From a phage, in the sequence record PQ724392.1: a stretch of DNA of 64,000 nt. One strand, given 5' to 3'. This document shows, in pieces, positions 19,094 through 28,570 of this stretch (the stretch's first letter is position 1; every line of letters begins with the position of its first letter). The translations under genes were made by a program, and so were the position numbers. The notes below the pieces were generated by a model, which saw nothing but the letters and a program-made list of their open reading frames with translations, did no database searches and was not told the DNA's origin.

Positions 19094-19543
19094 TTAATAG
19101 CTCTGCAGAATGAATTTAAAGTTATCAGCAAGCATGCGATTCATTTCTGAAAGGGTCTGGCAATCAGAACTATGTGAGCGAGTGAACGCCATCGCAATTT
19201 GACCTTTACCATAACCAGTTGTCAGAGGTTTCATTTTAGAAACTGGGACAAACAGGACTTCATAGATAACCCCATTGTTCGCCATTGTGCGAGACAGTTG
19301 AGAACGCTGTTTGCGGATGTGACTTAATACAGTGTCAAACCCTTGTTGTGAACGTTGGTTACCAACATAAAAACGTGCAGCAACAATACGTGATTCGCCT
19401 TCACCTTTAACCACGAAATAAAAACCTGGTTGAGTGATAGCTTCTTTAGTTGGGCGACCGGCAACATAATTACCATTATGGATATAAGCAACAGTGGTAG
19501 CACCAGCATTCAGTACGTCACGACGGGTCATGTAAGTAGACAT
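19094..19543 (-). CDS. ndd: nucleoid disruption protein Ndd
   Basis: 149-aa ORF; [75 protein letters not shown] match recalled T4 Ndd. Confidence 0.85.
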   Translation of the reverse strand: MSTYMTRRDVLNAGATTVAYIHNGNYVAGRPTKEAITQPGFYFVVKGEGESRIVAARFYVGNQRSQQGFDTVLSHIRKQRSQLSRTMANNGVIYEVLFVPVSKMKPLTTGYGKGQIAMAFTRSHSSDCQTLSEMNRMLADNFKFILQSY

Positions 19544-19574
19544 ATTAATTTCCTCAGTAAGTTAAAGTTTTGTG

Positions 19575-19618
19575 CTCCAGTGGGGTCATTATACTCTGAC
19601 CCCAAGAGTTTGTACACT
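19575..19618 (-). promoter_or_regulatory. early promoter cassette with stem-loop in the spacer (PeSL-like), upstream of ndd
   Basis: GTGTACA - 17 nt - TATAAT with an 8-bp stem (TGGGGTCA/TGACCCCA) embedded; 44 bp identical to 30667-30710. Confidence 0.55.
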
Positions 19619-19961
19619 ATTTTTGTAGTTGTTCTAAAATAAATCCACTGGTGTAAAGGCTTGCATTATACAGACGGTCAAGAGACAACGAATCCAACCC
19701 ATAAGCTTCACGAATTGCATTCACAACACTTTCATAACTTGTATAATAAACATCGCGATAATCGCGGTCCATAGTCATGCGGAACTTAATAAATTTATAG
19801 AAACCAGTTTCAGGGTCCTGATAGAATGCAAATTCAGCAGACATCAAATTTTTAAGGTTAACAGCTTTTGTGCCACCTGAATAACTTAAATCAAATGCTT
19901 CTGATATGCTAATTTGTTTAAAGAACATAATGTTGCGATTACCAAAAAATACTTTAGACAT
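19617..19961 (-). CDS. hypothetical protein
   Basis: 114-aa ORF preceded by early promoter cassette at 20000-20028. Confidence 0.5.
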   Translation of the reverse strand: MSKVFFGNRNIMFFKQISISEAFDLSYSGGTKAVNLKNLMSAEFAFYQDPETGFYKFIKFRMTMDRDYRDVYYTSYESVVNAIREAYGLDSLSLDRLYNASLYTSGFILEQLQK

Positions 19962-19999
19962 AATATTTTCCTCAATTAAATTTTATTATCCACGGGAAC

Positions 20000-20028
20000 A
20001 TTATACTCTGCTCCCAAGAGTTTGTACA
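20000..20028 (-). promoter_or_regulatory. T4-type early promoter (diverged copy of the same cassette)
   Basis: minus strand GTGTACA - 17 nt - TATAAT; shares cccaagagtttgtacact and cattatactctg with the 19575 and 30667 copies. Confidence 0.5.
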
Positions 20029-20274
20029 CTATTCTACATCTACTGCGTCATCCCACAAGTCAACTTCTTCTGATGATTCCATCAGTTCATCAACTGTGAA
20101 GCACTCAGTATTATTTTCAATTGCAAAACGTTTCTGATAAAAAGGATAATCCAAACAGTTTTCAGTGCGCACAGGACGCTCGCTGTTATCCATTAAAGGT
20201 GAAATGCGAATCAGTTGTTGACCATTACCCAGGACAAATTTTTCACCAACTGCAATGTCTTTAAAAAGTTTCAT
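20029..20274 (-). CDS. hypothetical protein
   Basis: 81-aa acidic ORF, co-oriented. Confidence 0.45.
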   Translation of the reverse strand: MKLFKDIAVGEKFVLGNGQQLIRISPLMDNSERPVRTENCLDYPFYQKRFAIENNTECFTVDELMESSEEVDLWDDAVDVE

Positions 20275-20477
20275 TGCTTAGCTCCATTCCAAATTACATC
20301 AACAACAGACTTCAAACCATTATCCTGGATTTGTGTGAACACTTCAGCAGCAATCCAGAGCTGGAAACCAATCATTGCAATGGCACCAATGAAAATCAGG
20401 ATAATCATCGCCACAATAAACTTGAACATAAAGTCAAAGCGACGATTGGATTTCTGAAATTGTGAATTGTAATTCAT
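20271..20477 (-). CDS. hypothetical membrane protein
   Basis: internal ATG with GAGGA SD chosen over the track start; hydrophobic segment FKFIVAMIILIFIGAIAMIGF. Confidence 0.4.
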   Translation of the reverse strand: MNYNSQFQKSNRRFDFMFKFIVAMIILIFIGAIAMIGFQLWIAAEVFTQIQDNGLKSVVDVIWNGAKQ

Positions 20478-20630
20478 AATATTATCCTCAAAAGAAATAG
20501 TTAAAGTAAACGCGCACATGGTCAATCATAAAAACAATTGGGAAAATGCTCAGGACAACAAACAGTACAAACATGTTCCAAATGGCTTTAAGTAACTTTT
20601 TCATAATCATCTCCAGTAGTTGATAGGTTC

Positions 20631-20658
20631 ATTATACTACAACCACTGGAGATGTACA
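20631..20658 (-). promoter_or_regulatory. T4-type early promoter
   Basis: minus strand GTGTACA - 16 nt - TATAAT, followed by the conserved leader ATCAACTACTGGAG. Confidence 0.5.
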
Positions 20659-20749
20659 CTCTTTTATGCAAGTTTCATTAATAATAAACTAAAACAAACG
20701 CAAATTACTGGGATACACAGCATCCAGATAAGGCACCAGGTTTTGCTGC

Positions 20750-21016
20750 TCAAAATATCACCTCTTTGATTTCAATCAATCCCCTGTACAATGCAGTGCG
20801 AAGGTCATAAAGAATATCTATGCCATCAACATTATCCAGCTTGCCATCAATAAGCTTTTTTAAATCTTCCTTTGATGCAATCAATGGGCGAAGAAATTTA
20901 CAATCAGAAAGAGACAATTCTGTGGTAACATCATCACCATCACCTGACGCATCATACATAGCGGCAACAACCATACCTGTAACTTTGTGTTTGGCGTAGT
21001 ATAATTTAATATCCAT
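20750..21016 (-). CDS. hypothetical protein
   Basis: internal ATG with GAGGAAAA SD (track ORF 20750-21100). Confidence 0.4.
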   Translation of the reverse strand: MDIKLYYAKHKVTGMVVAAMYDASGDGDDVTTELSLSDCKFLRPLIASKEDLKKLIDGKLDNVDGIDILYDLRTALYRGLIEIKEVIF

Positions 21017-21026
21017 TTTATTTTCC

Positions 21027-21182
21027 TCATGCATAACGATTGTATGTATTTTTGCGACATGCGTAAAATTGACGCTCAGTAACTGCAAAACTTTTTCCAC
21101 GCTGTTGCATTAATTTAAAAAATTCAGTAATATCGCCATTAACTTCAAGGTATAAAGTCATTGCATATTGAGCAGGTTTCAT
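21027..21182 (-). CDS. hypothetical protein (51 aa)
   Basis: track ORF starts with GTG; ATG at 21182 with GGAGAA SD is the likelier start. Confidence 0.35.
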   Translation of the reverse strand: MKPAQYAMTLYLEVNGDITEFFKLMQQRGKSFAVTERQFYACRKNTYNRYA

Positions 21183-21218
21183 TTTATTCTCCAGTATTTG
21201 GTAACTCAGTATGGAATC

Positions 21219-21247
21219 ATTATACATAGACGCCATACTGATGTACA
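21219..21247 (-). promoter_or_regulatory. T4-type early promoter
   Basis: minus strand GTGTACA - 17 nt - TATAAT. Confidence 0.5.
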
Positions 21248-21258
21248 CTACTTTTTAA

Positions 21259-21534
21259 TTAATTGTGCATTTGTTCTTTAACTTCTTTATATGCGCCAAC
21301 TGCATTCACGACCCCAGTAAAATCTGCAGTCCCACGATAGAGATAGAAAGCGATTTCAGTCAGGTGGTAGACTTCAAATTCTGAAAGATAAATGATAGCG
21401 TCATAATAGGCAACTTGTCCCTGGACTTCGTTGAATACTACATCAAAAATTTCATGGGTTGGAAAATTGATGTTGTTGTTTTTGAGTGCTTGAATAAGAA
21501 TTTGTTTGATGTTGTGAGTAGTAACGTGTTCCAT
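21259..21534 (-). CDS. hypothetical protein
   Basis: internal ATG with GAGGA SD (track ORF 21259-21624). Confidence 0.4.
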   Translation of the reverse strand: MEHVTTHNIKQILIQALKNNNINFPTHEIFDVVFNEVQGQVAYYDAIIYLSEFEVYHLTEIAFYLYRGTADFTGVVNAVGAYKEVKEQMHN

Positions 21535-21581
21535 GATAATGTCCTCATTTGTTGGTGTGAGGACATTATTACATGGTTGGT

Positions 21582-22175
21582 TCAGCTTGTAAACCGGTGA
21601 TAGGGGAATTTTTCTTCTGAACAAGAACGGAGGTACCAGCCATCCCCTTGTGACTTCTGCACAAGACCAGACTCAGGAACGAAAGCGCCAGGTCCAGCAA
21701 GGAATTTTGGTTTAAATTTATAACCTTTGATAGTCTCTTTTACATCGAACATAATCATAAGGTCAGCAAGCTTGTGCTGCATAAAAGGGCCAAGATTAAC
21801 TCCGTAACCGTGTGGGTAATCGCCATGGCTGCCAGTGTGCACGGATATCCATTTGGAACCGGACTGGTGAGTCTTGACTTCGATTCTTACCCCTTCCTTC
21901 GAAACTACATCAAATGCAAAGGAATAAGGATTATCGTAATCTTCATCGCCACCACACAAAAAGCCGGAGGTCCATTTAGCAATAGCTTGTTCAGCCATCG
22001 TAGCCACCATACATCTTTGCATGACTTGCTCACGGTCCTGACCTGGGTCTTTACGCAATGAATACCTGGCAGTGTCTACAATCTTTTGCAGGGATTCAGG
22101 GGTTAAGTCTTCTTTTGTATAAAGAAAGGAGGGCATCTTTTTCAGATGCTCCCATGTTTTACTCTTCTGAATCAT
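21582..22175 (-). CDS. hypothetical protein at the denB (endonuclease IV) position
   Basis: 197 aa from ATG with AGGA SD; lies upstream of rIIB where T4 has denB, but two extra ORFs intervene and sequence identity is unverified. Confidence 0.35.
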   Translation of the reverse strand: MIQKSKTWEHLKKMPSFLYTKEDLTPESLQKIVDTARYSLRKDPGQDREQVMQRCMVATMAEQAIAKWTSGFLCGGDEDYDNPYSFAFDVVSKEGVRIEVKTHQSGSKWISVHTGSHGDYPHGYGVNLGPFMQHKLADLMIMFDVKETIKGYKFKPKFLAGPGAFVPESGLVQKSQGDGWYLRSCSEEKFPYHRFTS

Positions 22176-22179
22176 AATG

Positions 22180-22500
22180 TCATCCTTTAAAATACATATC
22201 GGATTTTTCGACAATATCTAAAGAATTTTGCTCAGCTTGCTCTTGATAATCGCTGCCAATATAAACTTTGTCCACATGAACGACGCCATAATAAATTCTG
22301 GCACTTTCGGCTAGTGTAGAATGGTCCAGACTACGAAGTTCTTCTTTCGTTGCAAGAATGATGTCCCTCGCATATAACCGCCCAGTTGACTTTGTAGAAG
22401 CATAATGACAATCCACACAATAAACAATATCCGCAACATGATTACCATGCAACCGGATTTCGTTAATAGATTCATCGCCAACGTTCATATAGTTAATCAT
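22180..22500 (-). CDS. hypothetical protein
   Basis: 106-aa ORF containing CVDCHY; co-oriented. Confidence 0.45.
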   Translation of the reverse strand: MINYMNVGDESINEIRLHGNHVADIVYCVDCHYASTKSTGRLYARDIILATKEELRSLDHSTLAESARIYYGVVHVDKVYIGSDYQEQAEQNSLDIVEKSDMYFKG

Positions 22501-22503
22501 AAT

Positions 22504-22701
22504 TTATTCACCAAAATAAGAGATACGGATTGCCAGTACATGAGCATATGCGCCCATCGCATCCAGTTGGGCAATCAAAAGACCTTGTTGACGGATATCA
22601 AGAGTTTCAAAAACACCACCCTTAATAAACTCTTCAAGAGCATTGATTTTCAAAACCAGCTGGTCATATTCTTCAACTACACGTGCTTGGAAACCTAACA
22701 T
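22504..22701 (-). CDS. hypothetical protein
   Basis: 65-aa ORF immediately upstream of rIIB. Confidence 0.4.
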   Translation of the reverse strand: MLGFQARVVEEYDQLVLKINALEEFIKGGVFETLDIRQQGLLIAQLDAMGAYAHVLAIRISYFGE

Positions 22702-22712
22702 AAAGCCTCATT

Positions 22713-22730
22713 TAGGGGCCGAAGCCCCGA
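22713..22730 (-). promoter_or_regulatory. GC-clamped tetraloop hairpin just downstream of rIIB (no U-tract)
   Basis: GGGGC-CGAA-GCCCC palindrome; possible RNA 3'-end stabiliser or weak terminator. Confidence 0.4.
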
Positions 22731-22735
22731 TTAAT

Positions 22736-23707
22736 TTAGAATTGTTCAGTTACATCATCAAGGACCAGGTAACCACAAACCCTCATTTTTGAATCGTTAT
22801 AATCCACCGGGATACTTACAACATCACGCGGGTGAACTTTACAGGATACGATGCGCCCATTACCATGACCAAAACCACTTCCGATATAACCTTTAGAGCA
22901 AACGTGCAACCCAGTTGAACAGGTTTGTTCGTCATTGTCATTCACACGAGAGCGCGGCATTTTAACATATTGGCCAGGGCTGTTGTCGAATGTATTTGAG
23001 TGACAATCTTTGTATGTTGCACGAACCATTTTCCAGGCGATGAAATGACCATCTTCGGTGATTTCGATATCGTTAGCAACCAGGAAGTCAAACAAACGCT
23101 GTACTGCTTTTTCACTCGGGTTCTCAAGGAGATTCTCAAGGAACGGCAGATAGAATTCAAAGTCTTCACCATTTTGCATTGAATCAATGATACGAGTAAC
23201 CAAACCAGAGCGCAGTTCAATTCCCTGATAGAACAAGCTACCACCTTCAATACGCACATCACCTTTCACATATTTTTGCACTGCAGCTTTGATTGAGATA
23301 AACTCGATAGCATCGTCAAAACGAGATTCTTTGAGTGCCTGGACAATATCATCAAAGTGTTTATGGTCTTTTGTTGCGTTCCAGACTGTACGGCCTTCAG
23401 TGATGGAAACGAATTTGCTTGATGCATTCCATACGATTTCCGGGCGGCTTCCGCCGATTGTATCAGTAACCGGGACTTCAACCGTTACTGTCACCGGAGC
23501 ATTAATCGCCACACCAACAGCTGCTTTCAGTGATGCAGAAATGGTTTTAGCTAATTTTGATTCTTTATCATTTTTCAAAACGCGGCGAATGGTGTCAACG
23601 GACACAGCAAAATATTCTGCCAATTCAGGCTGGGTATAATTGCCCGTTGAATACATCTGGACCACATCAGCTTGTTCGGCTTTAGACATACATTTGATAT
23701 TAAACAT
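22736..23707 (-). CDS. rIIB: rIIB protein
   Basis: 323-aa ORF; MFNIKC..KAEQA..V.MYS.GNYTQ.ELA.....SVDTIRRVLKN and C-terminal RIEGGSLFYQ.IELRSGLV.RI.DSM..GE.FEFY.PFLENLLENPS.KAV.RLFDFLVANDIEITEDG match recalled T4 rIIB. Confidence 0.9.
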   Translation of the reverse strand: MFNIKCMSKAEQADVVQMYSTGNYTQPELAEYFAVSVDTIRRVLKNDKESKLAKTISASLKAAVGVAINAPVTVTVEVPVTDTIGGSRPEIVWNASSKFVSITEGRTVWNATKDHKHFDDIVQALKESRFDDAIEFISIKAAVQKYVKGDVRIEGGSLFYQGIELRSGLVTRIIDSMQNGEDFEFYLPFLENLLENPSEKAVQRLFDFLVANDIEITEDGHFIAWKMVRATYKDCHSNTFDNSPGQYVKMPRSRVNDNDEQTCSTGLHVCSKGYIGSGFGHGNGRIVSCKVHPRDVVSIPVDYNDSKMRVCGYLVLDDVTEQF

Positions 23708-23708
23708 A

Positions 23709-25943
23709 TTATTCCTTATTGGCCGCTTCCACGGCCTTCATGATTTGAGCAACGTTCTGTACTTGTTCAGTTGACATGGCGTTACGGTTATATAAAAAGT
23801 GTGAAACAATCGGGTGATTCTTTTCAAATTCAAAAACCATTTTATCGCTTGTTACCGAAGCGTTTTTGGTCAGGTCGTCATAAATCTTATTACAAAGGAC
23901 CAGAGTTTCCTGCATGGTCTTATCAACCGTTCCACTGTTATATGCATTATAAGCAAAGAACTTATTGAACTGCATTAGTTCGGCATAGTCAGTATTCACA
24001 TCTTTCTGAACATCTTTTGCATAAAAATACTTGAACATAAAATTCAGTTCTGCATATTCAGACAGGATAGGAATATAATAACGCGAACGGCTTGAAGCGG
24101 CAATGTACTGGTCCGCATCAACCGCATCAATCAATTCCACATAACGATTGACTGCAGCTTCAATCAGACAATCACACTGCGCCAGCTTGGTAATCTTTTT
24201 CTGAAGCTGTGGACGAATAACACAGAATTCATTGATTTCCAACAGGTTTGCCAGTTTACACAATGTCTGGGTCCCGAAGGTCGTGGTGCCATATTCTTGA
24301 TTCAACGGGGAAATGCTACTGCGGTTAATGAATACAGCATAACCATCGATTTCCTCTGCATCAGCTGCACATGTAAATTCTTCAACAGACTGCCATTTGC
24401 CATTAGTTTTAGTCCAACGAATCAATGATGGAGTCTTTGACTTAACGCGCGCTTTCGGGTCAGCAACCGGAATCCAGTCTTTTACAAGGGCGGTCAGTTC
24501 AGACGTACGATAGATATTAACTGTATCGCCTTTAAATCGTTCTTGAAGTTGAACCATCAGACGTGTTTGAATTTCGCTGGTTGGGTCAACGAACAATAGA
24601 CTACTACCTTGTACAGTCGGGACTTTACCAGATGCTTTGAGCTTTTTGGCTTTCGCGCTGGTGTCATACAGCATTGAACTGATGCCCCGAATCATCGCAA
24701 TTCGCCCTTTAGCATCGTCAATAACAATGTTCAAGGTATTATTCTGAATACCAAACATGCTCGTCAGGCTTGCAGTATTCGTGTTCGAGCTTGAGTTACG
24801 CAGACGTTTCAGACGGGTAGTGCTATAGATATCATAGACAACCCCGGCATTAATAAGGTCTTTGTCCAGCTCGAACATTTCATACATCTGGTTAAAGGTC
24901 AATTGCGATTTCGTAAATTTCGTTTCAGCATTACGAGCTTTCAGAAAATTACGAGCTTCATAACTCAGACTCTGTAATTCGCGATACGTGTGGCGGATAC
25001 ATTCTGATTCCTGCCATTTCTTACAATCATCTTCCATGACTTTCTTATCAAGGGATTCAATACGTTCAACGATATTTGCGACCGTACGTTTATCCAGTGA
25101 TAATGCTTCGCGAGAAGGTGCAATATCCAACGAACCCATCGGGAACTTAATAAAGACAACATCATTTTTGGCAGTCATCCAGGTTTTCTTTGTATAACCG
25201 TCAGCAATTGGATAAACAATTCCACCGTAAATTGCATAAAGACCATAACGTTCTGGGCTGCTATAATCAATACGCTCTGGAGCATAATAATCATCAAATT
25301 CCGGGAAATAATTAATTTCGCCTACGCCTTGTACTTCAGCCAGTCCAGCAAATGGGCGCATGATATATGCAATCTCGTGGCGGAACTTACCAAAATCATT
25401 ACTATCAACCGGGACAACAACTTCAATCCCTGTGCGGTCGCCAGGTTTCATTGGTTCGCTAAAGGTCGGCTTAATCTGTGGACCATCGCCATCCATATAA
25501 GCGACATAACCATTAACTTGACCATCATGATACGAAATCAGGCTAAAAGTCTCTGTATAACTGAACGGAGATTTAGAACCCAGACCAAAGCCACCAATAA
25601 AATCATTGGATTCGGCCTTGGATGATGCAAAGAAACTGTTATACAGACCTGGAGTGTTTTCATCACCACGAATCTGGAAATCACTCATACCTGGACCAAA
25701 GTCACGACACACAAAGCGTGGGTCCAGTTCACCAGGAGCTTGAACAATGAATTTATCCTGACAACCATTGAGCATATGAGCATCAATCATATTGGTAATC
25801 AGCTCACGAACAACCGCGCGCACCTTATTTGTATAAAGGTCACTGGTCAGAATCTTAAACACCTTTGGAGATGCCTGGATTGTGAATGCTGATGCCTTGG
25901 CACCATTACCAAGGATTGTTTCCTTTTCAGTTTCTAAAATCAT
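23709..25943 (-). CDS. rIIA: rIIA protein
   Basis: 744-aa ORF directly upstream of rIIB; N-terminal GHKL/Bergerat-type ATPase-like signature (ELITNMIDAH, DFGPGMS, GGFGLGSKS); size as T4 rIIA (725 aa). Confidence 0.9.
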   Translation of the reverse strand: MILETEKETILGNGAKASAFTIQASPKVFKILTSDLYTNKVRAVVRELITNMIDAHMLNGCQDKFIVQAPGELDPRFVCRDFGPGMSDFQIRGDENTPGLYNSFFASSKAESNDFIGGFGLGSKSPFSYTETFSLISYHDGQVNGYVAYMDGDGPQIKPTFSEPMKPGDRTGIEVVVPVDSNDFGKFRHEIAYIMRPFAGLAEVQGVGEINYFPEFDDYYAPERIDYSSPERYGLYAIYGGIVYPIADGYTKKTWMTAKNDVVFIKFPMGSLDIAPSREALSLDKRTVANIVERIESLDKKVMEDDCKKWQESECIRHTYRELQSLSYEARNFLKARNAETKFTKSQLTFNQMYEMFELDKDLINAGVVYDIYSTTRLKRLRNSSSNTNTASLTSMFGIQNNTLNIVIDDAKGRIAMIRGISSMLYDTSAKAKKLKASGKVPTVQGSSLLFVDPTSEIQTRLMVQLQERFKGDTVNIYRTSELTALVKDWIPVADPKARVKSKTPSLIRWTKTNGKWQSVEEFTCAADAEEIDGYAVFINRSSISPLNQEYGTTTFGTQTLCKLANLLEINEFCVIRPQLQKKITKLAQCDCLIEAAVNRYVELIDAVDADQYIAASSRSRYYIPILSEYAELNFMFKYFYAKDVQKDVNTDYAELMQFNKFFAYNAYNSGTVDKTMQETLVLCNKIYDDLTKNASVTSDKMVFEFEKNHPIVSHFLYNRNAMSTEQVQNVAQIMKAVEAANKE

Positions 25944-25950
25944 GTTTTTC

Positions 25951-26160
25951 TCACTTTATGTTACGTTTGATTAATTCTGCAACTTCAAGAAGTTCATCCT
26001 TTGTTGCGGTGTCTGAAGCTATTTTAATACGGATTTCTTTGAAGCGTTCTTTAAACTCTTCAGCTTCTCTTATATCAAAAAATCGTTGGATAACACGGTA
26101 TTCTTTATGGACAGCTTTATCAAACAGTTCCATATTAACTTTGAAGTTTGTCATTTCCAA
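25951..26160 (-). CDS. hypothetical protein (rIIA.1 position)
   Basis: 69-aa ORF directly upstream of rIIA. Confidence 0.45.
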   Translation of the reverse strand: MEMTNFKVNMELFDKAVHKEYRVIQRFFDIREAEEFKERFKEIRIKIASDTATKDELLEVAELIKRNIK

Positions 26161-26419
26161 TCTCCTGCAATATTTTTCTCATACTACGCATGGTAGCTTT
26201 ATGTTCTTGGTCATGGTATATCAATGCAAGGAGTGCTTCAATTCGCTCCTCAGGAACCTTCTGGCCAGCCTTAATGCTCATGGCTGCTGTTCTTACAGCC
26301 AACAAGTAACTTCGCTTCCTGTCGCTATCTGGGAGCTCCTGTACCTTCCTCAGGCCAGCTTCCATAATACAACGTGCAACATTCTGCAGATTAACTAAAC
26401 TTCCGTCAGACATAATCAT
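26135..26419 (-). CDS. hypothetical protein
   Basis: 94-aa ORF, co-oriented. Confidence 0.45.
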   Translation of the reverse strand: MIMSDGSLVNLQNVARCIMEAGLRKVQELPDSDRKRSYLLAVRTAAMSIKAGQKVPEERIEALLALIYHDQEHKATMRSMRKILQEIGNDKLQS

Positions 26420-26465
26420 ATTTTCACCTCAAGGATATCCTAACGCACTTTTTGTGGCTTGTACA

Positions 26466-26494
26466 TAATAAAAAAGGACCCGAAGGTCCTTTTG
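26466..26494 (-). terminator. rho-independent terminator (palindromic, could act on both strands)
   Basis: AGGACC-CGAA-GGTCCT with A-run upstream and T-run downstream. Confidence 0.6.
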
Positions 26495-26495
26495 A

Positions 26496-26648
26496 CTACT
26501 CAACTTTATAGACTTGCCCATATGCGGTATAGTATTCGCCATCCCAAGTCTCGCACATAATGGTGACAAAGGATGCAAACAGAGGTTTAGTATCGGCCCA
26601 CAGATAACCGTATTCGCCATTTGACAACGTAACCCACCACTTTTTCAT
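26496..26648 (-). CDS. small hypothetical protein (50 aa)
   Basis: ATG with AGGAGAAG SD; hand-translated MKKWWVTLSNGEYGYLWADTKPLF...; followed by terminator hairpin. Confidence 0.3.
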   Translation of the reverse strand: MKKWWVTLSNGEYGYLWADTKPLFASFVTIMCETWDGEYYTAYGQVYKVE

Positions 26649-26690
26649 GGACTTCTCCTATAAGACGGGAGAATATTCTCCCACATCTAT

Positions 26691-28523
26691 TTATAGTGTT
26701 GCATTCATCCAATCTTTACGCTGCTGGGAATCTTTACCGAAGAGCATTTCGAACAGTTCTTTCCAGTTGTCGGGCAATTGAACAACTTCGAATACTGGTT
26801 CGAGCAATACGCGTTTGTACTCGGCATCTTCCAGAGAACCAAGCCCCTTGATATATCGGATGGTGTGCTTCGGAAGTTTATCCTTAGCTTCTTCATAGTC
26901 AGGAAGAGAATAGAACCATTCTTGTTTATCTTTGAGCTGCGCAATAATAACAGGAGTTTTCACAAAGCGAATTCGTCCTTCATGGAACAGCTCTGGCCAG
27001 TTACTGAAAAACGCCAATAACGATGGATAGATACTACCGACACCATCCACATCCGCATCTGTCATGATAGCAATGTTTCGGTAATTCATATTCTCGGCTG
27101 GTTGCCCAATCGTTAAACCAGTAATCGCACACACATCAAAGGCTTCGGCGTTCTTCATAACGTCAACAGCTTTCAGACCCCATGTGTTTTTGAACTTACC
27201 ACGTAACGGATAAGCACCTTGTAATTCACGGTCGCGGACCTTGATAAATGGACCGGTTGCAGAATCACCTTCGGTCAGGAACAGAGTCGTTTCCAGCTTA
27301 TCATTGCCCCATTCGTTGGCCTTGATATGCTTTTGCACCTTGGCCTTTGAAGCTTTCTTATTCGCCTTTGTCTCTGCTGCTTTCTCTGCAGCCAATTTAC
27401 GGGCTAATGCAGCTTCAACAATCGGCATAATCAGTGGTTCATTTTTCAGAATAGCTTGCGCGATTTTCTTGGCATCAATCTTAATGTGATTTCGAATTTC
27501 ACCAGCCGGAGAAGTCAATCGCTCCTTAGTCTGGGAATCAAATCGCATGTTGCTCATATCGCGGATGAACATAAGCATGGTGAGGCATTCTTTAACTCGT
27601 GCCTTTGTCACCTCAATGCCTTTATATTTGCGTTTAATGGCTGGCTGAAGATGTTCACAGATATCATCCATAACACATTCAACGTGGTGCCCACCATTCT
27701 TTGTATGAATGTTGTTGACATAAGTCAACTGGCGGAAACCATCCGGGCTAGTCGTAAAGGCCATCGATACTGTATCAGTTTCCTGGATAACAACTTCGGT
27801 TCCGAATTGCTTGGCGAACTTCTTGAAATTGCCATCAACCTTTTTACCATTAAAGGTAAACTGAATATCTGGATAAACAACCGCAAGAGTCTGCAGACGG
27901 TCCAATGTAATATCCAGATAAATCTGGGACAGGCTATTTTCTTCAAAGTGACTGAAGTCCGGAACAAAAATAACAGTTGTACCTTTACCCTTAGATTTCT
28001 TGGTAGACCAACCTTTGTTTTCCATACCATTGGAGCAGTTAACGGTGATTTCATTTGCACCATCAGCGGTAATCCCGGTGAACAATACAGAGAAAATATT
28101 GGTCAGAGAAGACCCGACGCCATTCATCCCGCCAGTTTTACGTTCAGCATCATCGCCGAAGTTACCACCAGCTTTTGGAATAGTCCATGCTGCAACAGGG
28201 CCAGGGATTTGTTCACCGTTTTGGTCTGTAACCATTGCTTGTGGAATACCACGGCCATTATCAGAAACCGAAATCTGATTGTCTTTAATTTGAACATCAA
28301 TTTTATTGGCAAATTTAAAACTGGTGCGAATTGCTTCATCAACAGAGTTATCAATAATTTCATCAATCAGTTTTACAATACCAGGAACATAGCTTACGGA
28401 CTTATATTCACCAAACAAGAATCGCTCATGCGCTTCATTTGAACTGGAACCAATATACATCCCGGAACGTTTTTTGATATGCTCGACGTCCGAGAGTACT
28501 TTAATTTCATTATTAATCATCAT
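26691..28523 (-). CDS. 39: DNA topoisomerase II large subunit, single fused 39/60-type ORF (GyrB-like)
   Basis: 610-aa ORF; GHKL ATPase motifs (IDNSVDEA, DNGRGIP, GGMNGVGSS) and TOPRIM (LTEGDSA, MTDADVDG); C-terminal part corresponds to what T4 encodes separately as gene 60. Confidence 0.9.
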   Translation of the reverse strand: MMINNEIKVLSDVEHIKKRSGMYIGSSSNEAHERFLFGEYKSVSYVPGIVKLIDEIIDNSVDEAIRTSFKFANKIDVQIKDNQISVSDNGRGIPQAMVTDQNGEQIPGPVAAWTIPKAGGNFGDDAERKTGGMNGVGSSLTNIFSVLFTGITADGANEITVNCSNGMENKGWSTKKSKGKGTTVIFVPDFSHFEENSLSQIYLDITLDRLQTLAVVYPDIQFTFNGKKVDGNFKKFAKQFGTEVVIQETDTVSMAFTTSPDGFRQLTYVNNIHTKNGGHHVECVMDDICEHLQPAIKRKYKGIEVTKARVKECLTMLMFIRDMSNMRFDSQTKERLTSPAGEIRNHIKIDAKKIAQAILKNEPLIMPIVEAALARKLAAEKAAETKANKKASKAKVQKHIKANEWGNDKLETTLFLTEGDSATGPFIKVRDRELQGAYPLRGKFKNTWGLKAVDVMKNAEAFDVCAITGLTIGQPAENMNYRNIAIMTDADVDGVGSIYPSLLAFFSNWPELFHEGRIRFVKTPVIIAQLKDKQEWFYSLPDYEEAKDKLPKHTIRYIKGLGSLEDAEYKRVLLEPVFEVVQLPDNWKELFEMLFGKDSQQRKDWMNATL

Positions 28524-28545
28524 CTTTCCTCTTGTGTATGGAGGT

Positions 28546-28570
28546 ATTATAAGTCACATATTTTAAAGCA
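28546..28570 (-). promoter_or_regulatory. candidate middle promoter for gene 39
   Basis: minus strand TGCTTTA (Mot box) - 12 nt - TATAAT, ~25 nt upstream of the gene 39 ATG. Confidence 0.5.

Noticed and set aside
26429-26620. 63-aa minus-strand ORF
   Set aside because: Spans the terminator hairpin and overlaps a better-supported 50-aa ORF with a strong Shine-Dalgarno in another frame.
27456-28442. 328-aa plus-strand ORF
   Set aside because: Antisense to the topoisomerase gene 39 ORF; no independent support.
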